DNA of 60,787 nt from Candidatus Saccharimonadia bacterium (GCA_035479295.1 DATIIV010000006.1:1-60787), one strand, 5' to 3'; positions 27,252 through 36,065 are shown, numbered from the stretch's first letter. Numbers and translations: made by a program. The notes: generated from the sequence alone by a model not told the origin.

Positions 27252-28871
27252 ATGAAGCAGTGGTTGGCTTGGCTTGGCTATGGACTGTTGGGGCTGCTCA
27301 TCTTGGGCCCGCTGCTGCGGCCGGGCTACATCTTAGCTCTTGATATGAGTTGGGTGCCTCAGCTGCGCTCACCGGCTGCATTTACCAGTAGCTGGCCATT
27401 TTATGAGTTACTGTGGCTGGTGGGGCTGGTGCTGCCTAGCATGGTAATTCAGAAGCTGGTACTCGTAGCGTGCCTAGCCGTGGCGGGTGTGGGTGCCTAT
27501 TGGTTGGTGCGAAGAGCTGCGTTATTGAATAATGAGGCGGCTGGGTGTCTGGCCGGGGTTTTCTACATCGTAAACCCATTTGTCTATACGAGGCTAATGG
27601 CGGGCCAATATCTGGTATTGCTAGGTTATGCCTTGTTGCCTTGGTTTGTGGGAGTGCTGTGGCGCTTGCTGGATCGGCCGAGTTGGCGGCTAGCCGCGAT
27701 ATTGGCTGCTCTTGCGGCGGCGATAGGGTTTGTGTCGATTCATGACATCGGCCTGATGGCGGTGGTGAGTTTGGTATCGGCCGTCGCCGTGGGGTGGGGT
27801 CGTGGGCGACGGCTCTGGCAGATTGCGTCCTGGCTGGGTGCCGTTGCAGCTGGCTGGTTGGCGGCTAACCTCTTTTGGCTAGTGCCCTTTATTTTGGGCC
27901 GATCGCCCGAGGCTCGGCAGGTAGCAGGTTTTGGAGCCGATCAGTATGTTGCTTATGCTACTACGAGTGACGGTGTGGGCGTCTCATTTAATACGCTGAT
28001 ACTTCAGGGCTTCTGGGACGACCCCCATGGCTCTTATGTCCTCCCCAGCTCACGTGCGCTGTTCTGGGTGGCGGTTGCCTTGTTGGCTGTGTTGATAATT
28101 TTAGGCCTGTGGCGAACCGTGCGAGAGCGTGATCGGCTCGGCTTGGCACTGACCGCTGCCGGTGTCGTGGGTTGGGCTCTGGCGATGGGAGTAGCGGGTC
28201 CCGGTCTGCTAGGCTTACTCTCGGATTGGCTATTACGTCACGTGCCATTTTACGAGGGTTATCGCGAGCCGCAAAAATGGTTAGCGTTATCGGCTTTAGC
28301 CTACGCCTACCTGGCGGGTATCGGGTTGGCTTGGGCGCTAACACGACTCCGCGACTGGGTGAAGGAGGCGACGGCACTGGCGGCTTCGATGTTGCCATTA
28401 GCAGCGGTACCAATGCTGCTCTGGGGTGCCGGCGGTCAGCTACGCAGCGCAGACTACCCGGCCAGCTGGTACGCACTGGCGCAGCAGCTGGCTGCCGAGC
28501 CAGCCAATGGGCGAATCCTGGCGCTACCTTGGCACGAGTATATTGGGCTTAATTTTGCGGGTCGGACGGTGGCCAATCCAGCACCAGCCTTCTTTGGCCC
28601 TCGCCTGGTCTCGAGCGATAATCCCGAGCTGCTCGGCGCCAGATCAACTACCCGACAGCCGCTTAATGACGCCATTGAAACCCAAGTATTGGCCGGCTCA
28701 TACTACGTGCACGATGCCGGCTTCAAGCTGGCGACTCTGGGTGTATCCGAGGTTATCTTGTTTAAGCAAGGCGATTGGACATACTACGACTGGCTAAACC
28801 ATCAAACTGATCTGGTGCTAGTGGCTGAGTCGAGCGGTTGGAAGCGTTATCGTGTTAAGGAGATTAAATGA
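27252..28871 (+). CDS. polytopic membrane protein, GT-C-like (putative glycan polymerase/transferase)
   Basis: Track ORF 27210..28871. Start set at MKQWLAWLG (27252), 3 nt after the upstream stop. Many TM segments plus a C-terminal soluble domain of about 130 aa. High GC again. Confidence 0.65.
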   Translation: MKQWLAWLGYGLLGLLILGPLLRPGYILALDMSWVPQLRSPAAFTSSWPFYELLWLVGLVLPSMVIQKLVLVACLAVAGVGAYWLVRRAALLNNEAAGCLAGVFYIVNPFVYTRLMAGQYLVLLGYALLPWFVGVLWRLLDRPSWRLAAILAALAAAIGFVSIHDIGLMAVVSLVSAVAVGWGRGRRLWQIASWLGAVAAGWLAANLFWLVPFILGRSPEARQVAGFGADQYVAYATTSDGVGVSFNTLILQGFWDDPHGSYVLPSSRALFWVAVALLAVLIILGLWRTVRERDRLGLALTAAGVVGWALAMGVAGPGLLGLLSDWLLRHVPFYEGYREPQKWLALSALAYAYLAGIGLAWALTRLRDWVKEATALAASMLPLAAVPMLLWGAGGQLRSADYPASWYALAQQLAAEPANGRILALPWHEYIGLNFAGRTVANPAPAFFGPRLVSSDNPELLGARSTTRQPLNDAIETQVLAGSYYVHDAGFKLATLGVSEVILFKQGDWTYYDWLNHQTDLVLVAESSGWKRYRVKEIK

Positions 28872-29389
28872 AATTAGAAAAGAGCAGTTCACAGGGTATT
28901 GCCGGCGATATCGTGCCTCATTACCGTCAGATCAAGTCCGCAAGACCACCCCGTCGCTCGACGGTGCCGGTTCCTAAGAAAGGACCGCTGAGTTCATCTA
29001 GGGGGGCTAATCAAGAACCAGCCGCCGCCGCTCGTCAGCGACAACTTGCGAAGCCGCGTCTCAAGTCTTCCTGGCGTACCAAGCTTCATTGGCTGTTGGC
29101 AGCTAGTCAGTATCCCCTGATCGCGGTGGCAGGCCTGGCGGCTGCTTATAGTACGACATTTGGACAGTGCTTTGTGCTCGGGTATATGGTGGTGGCTCTT
29201 ACTGGCCGCCGCCGGAGCTCCTTTAGCTTTGGCGTTACGTTGTTTTTGTTGGCTATCGTGGCGGTCTTTGAGGTGTTGGGTCAGAAGGTTATCGCGCAGA
29301 ATGTAGCCGTCTATACCTTTGAGCTTTTGGCATTTGGCACAGTCCAGGCTATCTGGGAGCAACGCAAAATTGCAACATCCGCCAATTGA
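28868..29389 (+). CDS. hypothetical membrane protein
   Basis: 173 aa. ATGA overlap with the upstream gene. Basic disordered N-terminus followed by 3 TM segments. Confidence 0.55.
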   Translation: MKLEKSSSQGIAGDIVPHYRQIKSARPPRRSTVPVPKKGPLSSSRGANQEPAAAARQRQLAKPRLKSSWRTKLHWLLAASQYPLIAVAGLAAAYSTTFGQCFVLGYMVVALTGRRRSSFSFGVTLFLLAIVAVFEVLGQKVIAQNVAVYTFELLAFGTVQAIWEQRKIATSAN

Positions 29390-29452
29390 TAGCGCTAAGC
29401 CTTCCGATAAGATAACCCTTGTGTGTTATACCTGTAAGATAAGGGAGTGCCT

Positions 29453-30085
29453 ATGAACATTCCGGCCAAATCATTAATTACCAAGGCGTTCTTCGCGGTA
29501 GCGGTCGTAGCTACCACGGCTACGGTGGGAATCGTCGGCTTTGCTCAAGCCGCACATCCGAGCCAAAACGGTTACGGCGGCCAGATCGACCAGCTCATTG
29601 CGGCAATCGACCACTTTCGTCAGCAAGTCCTCGTGGCTACCGACACCTATCGCCACGACGTGAATGTCTGCCTTGGCAGCTCGTCCATCCTGTCGATGGG
29701 GAGCCGGGCCTTGCCTAATGGCGGCCAGCTCAGTCCGCTGCAGGCTCAGGCCCAGGATCGGCAGCTCAGTAGTGCCAAGACCCAGTTTAACAGCCGGCTC
29801 GATCAGGCGATGGGGTCGCTGAGTGCGCGCGTGGGCGATGTTCGCAGCGCCCAGGGTGGTGAGACTGCTTTTGAGCAGGCCTACGACAGCGCCACCAACC
29901 AAGCCTTCTCGCAGCTTAACAGCGCGCAGACTGAGCTCTCGGCCGACCTCGGCCCGGTTGGTCAGAGCGTAGCGCAGCAGGGCGGCCTGTTCGACTGCCT
30001 CCAGCGGGCCCAGAACAAGTACCACCGCGCGCTCGACGCGGCCAAGGCCGAGCTCCTCGCTGCCATTCGGCGCATTCTCGGCTAA
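29453..30085 (+). CDS. secreted hypothetical protein (helical, Gln/Ala-rich)
   Basis: Track ORF 29447..30085. ATG 29453 lies 5 nt after AAGGGAG. Signal peptide ...VGFAQAAHP. Confidence 0.6.
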   Translation: MNIPAKSLITKAFFAVAVVATTATVGIVGFAQAAHPSQNGYGGQIDQLIAAIDHFRQQVLVATDTYRHDVNVCLGSSSILSMGSRALPNGGQLSPLQAQAQDRQLSSAKTQFNSRLDQAMGSLSARVGDVRSAQGGETAFEQAYDSATNQAFSQLNSAQTELSADLGPVGQSVAQQGGLFDCLQRAQNKYHRALDAAKAELLAAIRRILG

Positions 30086-30140
30086 GTTTCCGTTACCATA
30101 TAGCAACCTGCGGCGATCGCGCTCATTGCTGCACCAAGAG

Positions 30141-30171
30141 CTCTCCGTTGAAAAAGGACGGGGAGTTTCTT
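30141..30171 (+). terminator. intrinsic terminator
   Basis: CTCTCCGT-TGAAAAAGG-ACGGGGAG stem-loop followed by TTTCTT. Confidence 0.55.
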
Positions 30172-30278
30172 GGTGGTTTGACGTGGCAAAACTCGGCCCA
30201 AGCTCTAGCTTCCAGATGACGAGAGTGGTAGGGTAGGGAGTGGAATAGCCACTGGGCTAATTGTTAATGAGGAATTTT

Positions 30279-31697
30279 ATGCTCGCCGCTTCATTCAAAC
30301 GTACGAAAATTGTGGCTACTATCGGCCCATCGTCTAACACGCCCGAGGTGCTGGAGCGGATCATGCTGGCCGGCGCTAATGGCTTGCGGCTGAACTTTTC
30401 GCACGGCACGCACGAGCAGCATGGTGACGTTATTAAGTTGGCGCGCCAGCTCAGCGCCAAGCTAGAGCGGCCGGTCGCCATGATCGCCGACCTGCAAGGC
30501 CCCAAGATTCGGGTTGGTTCGCTGCCCAGCGACGGCTTGCCATTTGTGCGCGGCCACGTGGTGCGGTTTGAGTATGGCGCCGACTACGAGGATCACAACA
30601 TCATTCCGGTGCAGCACGACGTTAGCAAGTACCTCAAGCCTGGCGAGCGCATCTTTCTGCGCGATGGCCAGATCGAGGTCGAGGTGGAGAAGATCGAGAA
30701 AACGCTCATTACGGGCAAAGTGCTCAATCCCGGCCTGCTCTACAGCAATCAAGGCATGAATTTGCCCGATACCGATCTAGGCGGCGATATCTTAACGCCC
30801 AAGGATGTGGCCGATATTGAGTTTGCCGTTAAGCAAGACGTAGATTATGTGGCGCTGAGTTTCGTGCAGACCGCTCAAGACATCATTAATTTGAAGGAAC
30901 GCCTGACCAAGCTGGGGGCCAATGTGCAGGTGATCGCCAAGATCGAGACGGCTGCGGCGGTTGACAATCTGGAGGAGATCTTTGCCGTCACCGATGCCGT
31001 GATGGTGGCGCGCGGCGATCTAGCCATCGAGACCAAGCCCGAGGCCGTGCCGGCGACGCAGCGCCGGATGGTGGAGCTGGCGCGCCAGCAGCGCAAGCCA
31101 GTGATCGTGGCCACGCAGATGCTCGAGAGCATGATCCAGTCACCATCACCAACCCGCGCCGAGGTGAGCGATGTGGCTACCGCCGTGCTAGAGGGCGCCG
31201 ACGCCGTGATGTTGAGCGGCGAGACGGCTATGGGGCTCTTCCCGGTCGAGACAGTGCAGATGATGAAGCGGGTTATCCTGTACACCGAGCGCGAAGAGCT
31301 AGCCCAGCAGGCAGCCACCACGCGTCACCTGGAGGACGAGAGTGGCCGCGGCAACGCCATCTCGGCCGCGGCCGTGGTGCTGGCTCACCAGCTGCCGGCC
31401 AAGGTTATTATTGCCGAGACGGCCACCGGCCAGACCGCCCGCAACATCTCGAGCCTGCGGCCGGTGGCGCCCATCATTATGGTGACGCATCAGCCGCGGG
31501 TCTACCACCAGCTGGCCATCGTGTGGGGCGGCAAGTCCTACCTGCACGACCAGCCCGCCGAGGCAGCCGAGCACGTCACGCGCCAACTTCGCGCCGCCGG
31601 CAACATTGCCAAGGGCGACGCCCTGGTGGTGGCCTCGGGCAACCAGCCTGGCGTTACGGGCGGCACGAGCAATGTGTCGATTCGGGTGGTGCAGTAG
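30279..31697 (+). CDS. pyk: pyruvate kinase
   Basis: KRTKIVATIGPSS, NGLRLNFSHG, MVARGDLAIE and ATQMLESM motifs. Start chosen at ATG 30279 after GAGGAA (the track starts at TTG 30261). Confidence 0.93.
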   Translation: MLAASFKRTKIVATIGPSSNTPEVLERIMLAGANGLRLNFSHGTHEQHGDVIKLARQLSAKLERPVAMIADLQGPKIRVGSLPSDGLPFVRGHVVRFEYGADYEDHNIIPVQHDVSKYLKPGERIFLRDGQIEVEVEKIEKTLITGKVLNPGLLYSNQGMNLPDTDLGGDILTPKDVADIEFAVKQDVDYVALSFVQTAQDIINLKERLTKLGANVQVIAKIETAAAVDNLEEIFAVTDAVMVARGDLAIETKPEAVPATQRRMVELARQQRKPVIVATQMLESMIQSPSPTRAEVSDVATAVLEGADAVMLSGETAMGLFPVETVQMMKRVILYTEREELAQQAATTRHLEDESGRGNAISAAAVVLAHQLPAKVIIAETATGQTARNISSLRPVAPIIMVTHQPRVYHQLAIVWGGKSYLHDQPAEAAEHVTRQLRAAGNIAKGDALVVASGNQPGVTGGTSNVSIRVVQ

Positions 31698-31727
31698 GCC
31701 GACTCGTCGTGCTTAGACAGCCCGGCC

Positions 31728-31755
31728 TTTACATTTGGCCTTATTGCGATAGAAT
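31728..31755 (+). promoter_or_regulatory. cassette promoter copy 1 (TTTACA-16 nt-TAGAAT)
   Basis: cCTTTACATTTGGCCTTATTGCGATAGAATC. It shares flanking and spacer bases with the copies at 33219, 34181 and 34999. Confidence 0.6.
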
Positions 31756-31798
31756 CTAACCCGGCCCAGTCTCCGGAAGCAAGGAGCTATCAGTCACC

Positions 31799-32395
31799 AT
31801 GCGATTTTCGCGAGTAGTGCGGCTTCTGGCAGTGTGCAGCATTGGCCTGGCATCGGTCGGCTGTAGCGCCGACTCGCCAACCCCCACAAGCACCGTGATT
31901 ACCACATCACCGCCGCTCAGTTCGTACCAGGGCTTGCCGGCCGACGTGACGACGCAGTACTACTCTTCCAAAAGCGACTCGTTTGCGATTGGATTTCCGG
32001 TCCTCAAAACCAGCTCCGGAAATAGCCCCATTATTGCCGCGTCAAACACGACCTCGGATGGCGCCCCGGTAAACGGCTATATGAGCGATTTGAGCGTAGC
32101 TACGCTGGGAGTCTACTCGGTATTCGTTGAAGGGGACCTTCATCCCGATCTGCCGCTCGCTCAAATCAATGATGGTTGTCACGGTCAGCCTGGGTACAAG
32201 CAGAGGGCGCTAAGTAATTTTGGCGGCAATGGAGTGGCGGCTATGCGTTCAGACTGCCTCAAGTTGGAGGGCCGGCAAGCCACGGTTATCTTGCGGTATC
32301 AGGATCATATCTACCGGATTGGCGCGGATCATGCCGACCGGATAGGTTCGGCTAGCGTTGAGCAGTTCTTTAGCTCATTTAAGTTGGTCGGCTGA
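31799..32395 (+). CDS. secreted/lipoprotein-like hypothetical protein (L1)
   Basis: 198 aa. AAGGAG SD. Signal sequence with ...GLASVGC (imperfect lipobox). The C-terminus VEQFFSSFKLVG resembles that of the 35082 lipoprotein. Confidence 0.7.
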   Translation: MRFSRVVRLLAVCSIGLASVGCSADSPTPTSTVITTSPPLSSYQGLPADVTTQYYSSKSDSFAIGFPVLKTSSGNSPIIAASNTTSDGAPVNGYMSDLSVATLGVYSVFVEGDLHPDLPLAQINDGCHGQPGYKQRALSNFGGNGVAAMRSDCLKLEGRQATVILRYQDHIYRIGADHADRIGSASVEQFFSSFKLVG

Positions 32396-32430
32396 GGCTC
32401 AACGATTGCTCGTACTCGAGAGAAGGTAGC

Positions 32431-33144
32431 ATGACCGAATTGCTGTATGCCTTGGTAAGCCCGGCCGGCCGGATCTGCCCCGGCTTCTGGACCATTGGCT
32501 TTGACGTAAGGCGGCCGCTCAAGCTGGATCAAGCGGAGCAGCTGAGGCGGGTGGCGCGCCAGTCTGAGGGTGCTGACTTGGCTCCAATCAGGTGGTATGG
32601 CCTCGGTCCGGGCGCGACCCAGCCGATGATCATGGCCAACTCTGCTATGACTGAGCAGGGTGCGCGTGAGCTCGTGCGATTGGTAGCGGAAGCCCTGGGC
32701 CGGTCGGCCGAGATCATGGTGCTGCCGCTGACTGATACAGCGGTGTACGTGCAGTACAGCCCTGCACGCGAGAGCTGTGAGCGGGTGGCTATCCGATTGC
32801 CTACTCAAGCTCTGCTTACGCCTTACCAGCTCCGGACCCTGCGAGGCTTCTTGGGTTACGATCTGCGAGCCTTCGAGGCCTTGAACTCAGCTGGTAAGAC
32901 TGACAACGATGAACCGATCTTGCTGTACCTCATCTCGCGGCCGGATGTCTGGGGGCATGCCGTGCTCCTGCCGTTTGGGCGGCTAGAAGAAGTCATCCAG
33001 CGCTGGGCCAAGCTGTTTGGCCTTCAGCTGGAAGTGGCCGAGGGCGAGGAATCAGACGAGGATCTGGTCGACCGAACTCGTGCTCGTGTTCAGCCCTTGG
33101 TTACCGCTGGGCTACCCACTCCTCCCAAGATCGATAGTCCCTGA
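32431..33144 (+). CDS. hypothetical cytoplasmic protein, paralogue family member P1
   Basis: 237 aa. GAGAAGG SD. Shares EQGARELVRLVAEALGRSAEIMVLPLTDTAVYVQYS and RWAKLFGLQLEVAEGE blocks with the next gene. Confidence 0.75.
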   Translation: MTELLYALVSPAGRICPGFWTIGFDVRRPLKLDQAEQLRRVARQSEGADLAPIRWYGLGPGATQPMIMANSAMTEQGARELVRLVAEALGRSAEIMVLPLTDTAVYVQYSPARESCERVAIRLPTQALLTPYQLRTLRGFLGYDLRAFEALNSAGKTDNDEPILLYLISRPDVWGHAVLLPFGRLEEVIQRWAKLFGLQLEVAEGEESDEDLVDRTRARVQPLVTAGLPTPPKIDSP

Positions 33145-33199
33145 CCGCTCGCGCTGAAGCTCCCGGCTTGTTGGCCGCGGTCGGGGGCTTCAGCATTGG
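33139..33199 (+). terminator. cassette hairpin repeat copy 1 (overlaps the stop codon of P1)
   Basis: CCCTGACCGCTCGCGCTGAAGCTCCCGG...TCGGGGGCTTCAGC with a 12-bp stem. The TGA inside CCCTGACC is the P1 stop codon. Confidence 0.6.
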
Positions 33200-33218
33200 T
33201 TAATGCAGTAACTGTCTC

Positions 33219-33246
33219 TTTACATTTGATCTGATTTCGTTAGAAT
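33219..33246 (+). promoter_or_regulatory. cassette promoter copy 2 (TTTACA-16 nt-TAGAAT)
   Basis: tCTTTACATTTGATCTGATTTCGTTAGAATC. Confidence 0.6.
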
Positions 33247-33290
33247 CAAACGCGGTCCAACTCCTGTCGTCTACCGAGAGAAGGTCTGGT

Positions 33291-34010
33291 GTGACCAATA
33301 CACTGCGTGCAGTCATTAGCTTGGCTCGGGAAGCCAATCCTAACACGCTGATGATTGCCTTCAATTTTGGGCATACACTGACCGAGGACATGGCTCACCA
33401 GCTCAAAGCTCTAATCGAGGAAGTTGGTGCGCCAGCGCTGGCCCCCACGGAGTGGTATGACCGCGTCATGAGCGGTGGTGGGCTGAGTCTGATGGTCAAC
33501 CCCGCCACCACGGAGCTAGAGGCTCGCCAACTTGCTCAGAACGTAGCCGACCGGCTGGGTTATGTCGCCGAGATTGTCGTCTTGCCGCTGGCCGATATGA
33601 CGGTGAGGTTGCGCTACAGCCTATCTCGGGCGCAGCCCCAGGTAGTGGTGGTGCGATTCCCCAAGATGCTGTCAGGCTTTGTGATGAACCTTCTCTTGAG
33701 CGTTCCGGTGACGTTTCTTGTGTCACAGGCGAACCTTCAGGGGCCTGCCGTGGCTAATGGAGTGCCGGTGCGAATTATTAGCTGTCCGCGGGCTTGGCTC
33801 ATTCCGCCGGTGCTGTCTCCCAAAATGCTCGAGATGCTGCTTCAGCACTGGCAGCTCTGGCTTGGCTTTCAATGGGAGGTGAGTGAGGGCGATATGCTAG
33901 GCGAGGACGCGATCGATAGCGGTAGGGCCGACCTGTTGCCGCTGCCGGATGGCCAGAGCTGGTCCCAGGAGTGGCAGGACTACGCGGTCCTGACCCGCAT
34001 GGGCTTTTAA
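33291..34010 (+). CDS. hypothetical cytoplasmic protein, paralogue family member P2
   Basis: 239 aa. GTG start after GAGAAGG. ELEARQLAQNVADRLGYVAEIVVLPLADMTVRLRYS and HWQLWLGFQWEVSEGD align with P1. Confidence 0.75.
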   Translation: MTNTLRAVISLAREANPNTLMIAFNFGHTLTEDMAHQLKALIEEVGAPALAPTEWYDRVMSGGGLSLMVNPATTELEARQLAQNVADRLGYVAEIVVLPLADMTVRLRYSLSRAQPQVVVVRFPKMLSGFVMNLLLSVPVTFLVSQANLQGPAVANGVPVRIISCPRAWLIPPVLSPKMLEMLLQHWQLWLGFQWEVSEGDMLGEDAIDSGRADLLPLPDGQSWSQEWQDYAVLTRMGF

Positions 34011-34067
34011 AGACTCAATTACTCACCAAACTTCATTGACTCGTTCCGCTTGACTGCCTGTATCCGC

Positions 34068-34127
34068 CCCTGACCGCTCGCGATGAAGCCCCTGGCTCTC
34101 GCCTCGCGGTTGGGGGCTTCATCGTGG
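34068..34127 (+). terminator. cassette hairpin repeat copy 2
   Basis: CCCTGACCGCTCGCGATGAAGCCCC...GGGGGCTTCATCGTGG with an 11-bp perfect stem, 58 nt after the P2 stop. Confidence 0.6.
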
Positions 34128-34180
34128 CGGGTGGTGCGTGCTGCGATACTCACTGGGGCTGGCCGTCTGCGCTCCGGGAC

Positions 34181-34208
34181 TTTACATTCGGCCTCACTGC
34201 GTTAAAAT
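34181..34208 (+). promoter_or_regulatory. cassette promoter copy 3 (TTTACA-16 nt-TAAAAT)
   Basis: aCTTTACATTCGGCCTCACTGCGTTAAAATC. It lies inside the N-terminal extension of track ORF 34138, which argues for the downstream start. Confidence 0.6.
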
Positions 34209-34251
34209 CAATCTGGTTCATTTAAGAGTCTTGGCTACAGGAAGGCCCGTT

Positions 34252-34908
34252 GTGGAAGAGCCCATCTTGCGGATGGTTATTGCCCGACCATATGGTCGCA
34301 CCGATGCCTGGGTCCTTAAGGCCGACTTAGGCGCCGAGCCAGAGCCCAGTACGAACGTTCATCTGGTGGAGGTGCTCAAGACCGCGTTCTCTGCTCGTCC
34401 TTTGGATGGCTCCTATGAGTTTCGCGACAAAGGACGGCAGTTACGGGTATGGCTCAATGACGCCGATCCAAACGGCGATCAAGCCGTGGCGCTCGTCGAG
34501 CAGATAGCTTGTGCCTTAATGAGCTCGGTAGAGTGCCTGTTGCTGCCCTCCGGAGGCCTAACGATGGCTACTTCGTGGTCTCCTCATGCGACCAGCCTGG
34601 GTTGGGTCGTGAAGATTGAGTTAGATAAGGCCTTGTCCCGGGAGCCCTATGAGGTCCTGGCGGAATATTTAGTCCGAGCCATTCGGTCTTGTTCAGAGAC
34701 CAGCGGGGCACAGTGCCGAGAATGGGGTCAGGTACTGCTGTGCTGGCGTGACCAGGCTTGCTTGGCACGAGCTCGCTTAACCGAGTTGGACTTAGTAGGA
34801 GTCGTGACCGGCTGGGCCAATGCGATGGAGGCCACGATAGCGTTTACGTTTCCCGAATTGACGATACGCGACCTTGCCCGCATGGGTCTGGCACGTCGAT
34901 TACCATAA
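34252..34908 (+). CDS. hypothetical cytoplasmic protein, divergent paralogue P3
   Basis: Track ORF 34138..34908, trimmed to GTG 34252 (after AGGAAGG). The N-terminus EEPILRMVIARP then aligns with TNTLRAVISLA of P2. The middle block QAVALVEQIACALMSSVECLLLPSGGLTMATSWS aligns with the family core. Confidence 0.65.
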   Translation: MEEPILRMVIARPYGRTDAWVLKADLGAEPEPSTNVHLVEVLKTAFSARPLDGSYEFRDKGRQLRVWLNDADPNGDQAVALVEQIACALMSSVECLLLPSGGLTMATSWSPHATSLGWVVKIELDKALSREPYEVLAEYLVRAIRSCSETSGAQCREWGQVLLCWRDQACLARARLTELDLVGVVTGWANAMEATIAFTFPELTIRDLARMGLARRLP

Positions 34909-34998
34909 ATCTGCCCAGAGTTCAGCCAGGCCTCCGCCACAGGCGATGACCTAGCCGGCGGCTGCGCGGTCACCGGCTTGGATCTCTAGTACCTATCC

Positions 34999-35027
34999 TT
35001 TACATTTAGCAGAGGATATGGTACAAA
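34999..35027 (+). promoter_or_regulatory. cassette promoter copy 4 (TTTACA-17 nt-TACAAA)
   Basis: cCTTTACATTTAGCAGAGGATATGGTACAAAG. It is preceded at 34943-34981 by a degenerate copy of the hairpin repeat. Confidence 0.5.
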
Positions 35028-35081
35028 GTCAAAGGTTCTACAGGCTTAGTTTGACACTCAAACCAGAAGGGATCTTCCTCG

Positions 35082-35753
35082 ATGAGGCGGATTGCCAAGC
35101 TGTGGCCGGCTGTGTTGTTACTGGTGCTGGCTGGCTGTACCGAGCCCACCAGTGACGGTACCTCAGCGCCATCGACGCCGGTGTCGGCCGATCCGTGTGC
35201 GGCACCGGACATTCTGTCTGGTCCTATCGGAACGGACGGCGTCGGCCCCACGTACCAGCCACCGGCCGACGTACACAAGGTGACGTTCGGGACCCCGTGC
35301 GGTTACTTCCAGGCCGAGTTTCCGACAGCAGCTTCGCAAAGCTCGGTGCTGGAGACTACGCTGAAGGACGATGATGGGCGTCCCACTAAGGACTATCACA
35401 CCATCCTGAACAACTACCAGCTGCAGGGCCAGCCGGTCGCCTGCCCGCAGTGCGAGGAATTTTCGGTCTTCGTGCACCCCGAAACGAGCCCCGGTAGCTC
35501 GCTGGAGTCCTACGCTCAAGACTGCTCGAACAAGGCCGATTACCAGCATCTCCATGTGAATACCTTCAACCACACTGGCGAGCCGGCCTTCATGGCCAAC
35601 TGCCGGCCGTTCGGCTCATCTGGCCTAACGCGTCAGCTGGCTATCCTGCGCCATCAAGCCCCGGACGGAACCCTGTTCCGCTACGAGGTAATGGCTACCG
35701 GCACCGCAGCCGACGTCCTCGCCTTCGTGAACTCCTTCCAGCTGAATAGCTGA
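35082..35753 (+). CDS. lipoprotein (L2), related to L1
   Basis: 223 aa. Canonical lipobox LVLAGC. The C-terminus VLAFVNSFQLNS parallels L1. Confidence 0.75.
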   Translation: MRRIAKLWPAVLLLVLAGCTEPTSDGTSAPSTPVSADPCAAPDILSGPIGTDGVGPTYQPPADVHKVTFGTPCGYFQAEFPTAASQSSVLETTLKDDDGRPTKDYHTILNNYQLQGQPVACPQCEEFSVFVHPETSPGSSLESYAQDCSNKADYQHLHVNTFNHTGEPAFMANCRPFGSSGLTRQLAILRHQAPDGTLFRYEVMATGTAADVLAFVNSFQLNS

Positions 35754-35761
35754 CGGACTGC

Positions 35762-35821
35762 CCCTGACTGCTCGCGATGAAGCCCCTGGCTTCGTCCCCG
35801 CGGTCGGGGGCTTCATCGTGG
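35762..35821 (+). terminator. cassette hairpin repeat copy 3
   Basis: CCCTGACTGCTCGCGATGAAGCCCC...GGGGGCTTCATCGTGG, 9 nt after the L2 stop. Confidence 0.6.
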
Positions 35822-36065
35822 TTGGGCGGCGGGGCGGCACATTCGTTTGGGGCTAGTATGCAAATATTTTGCGTAGTCCTGCACTCGGTGAAGATTGGGC
35901 GCACCAGGGCGACTAGCTTGCTTTACCAAAGCCATAACAACGACTTTATCAGGAAATCCGATAACTGCATCGTCAAGTGTGCCACATTTTTGCATAGTAC
36001 ATATATAATGGGTGGCCTATCGGTCGGCGCCGAGCGGTCAGGCGACAACCTGCCCCCACCCGCGC

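Noticed and set aside
35824-36065. An AT-rich stretch before pgk with TGCAAA/TTTGCA-type half-sites (TATGCAAATATTTTGCG, TTTTTGCATAG) and the small ORFs 35777..36073, 35813..35995 and 35923..36126.
   Set aside because: The half-site repeats are short and imperfect, so a regulator site is speculative. The ORFs lack start signals and overlap each other. I retain it only as a possible regulatory region for pgk.
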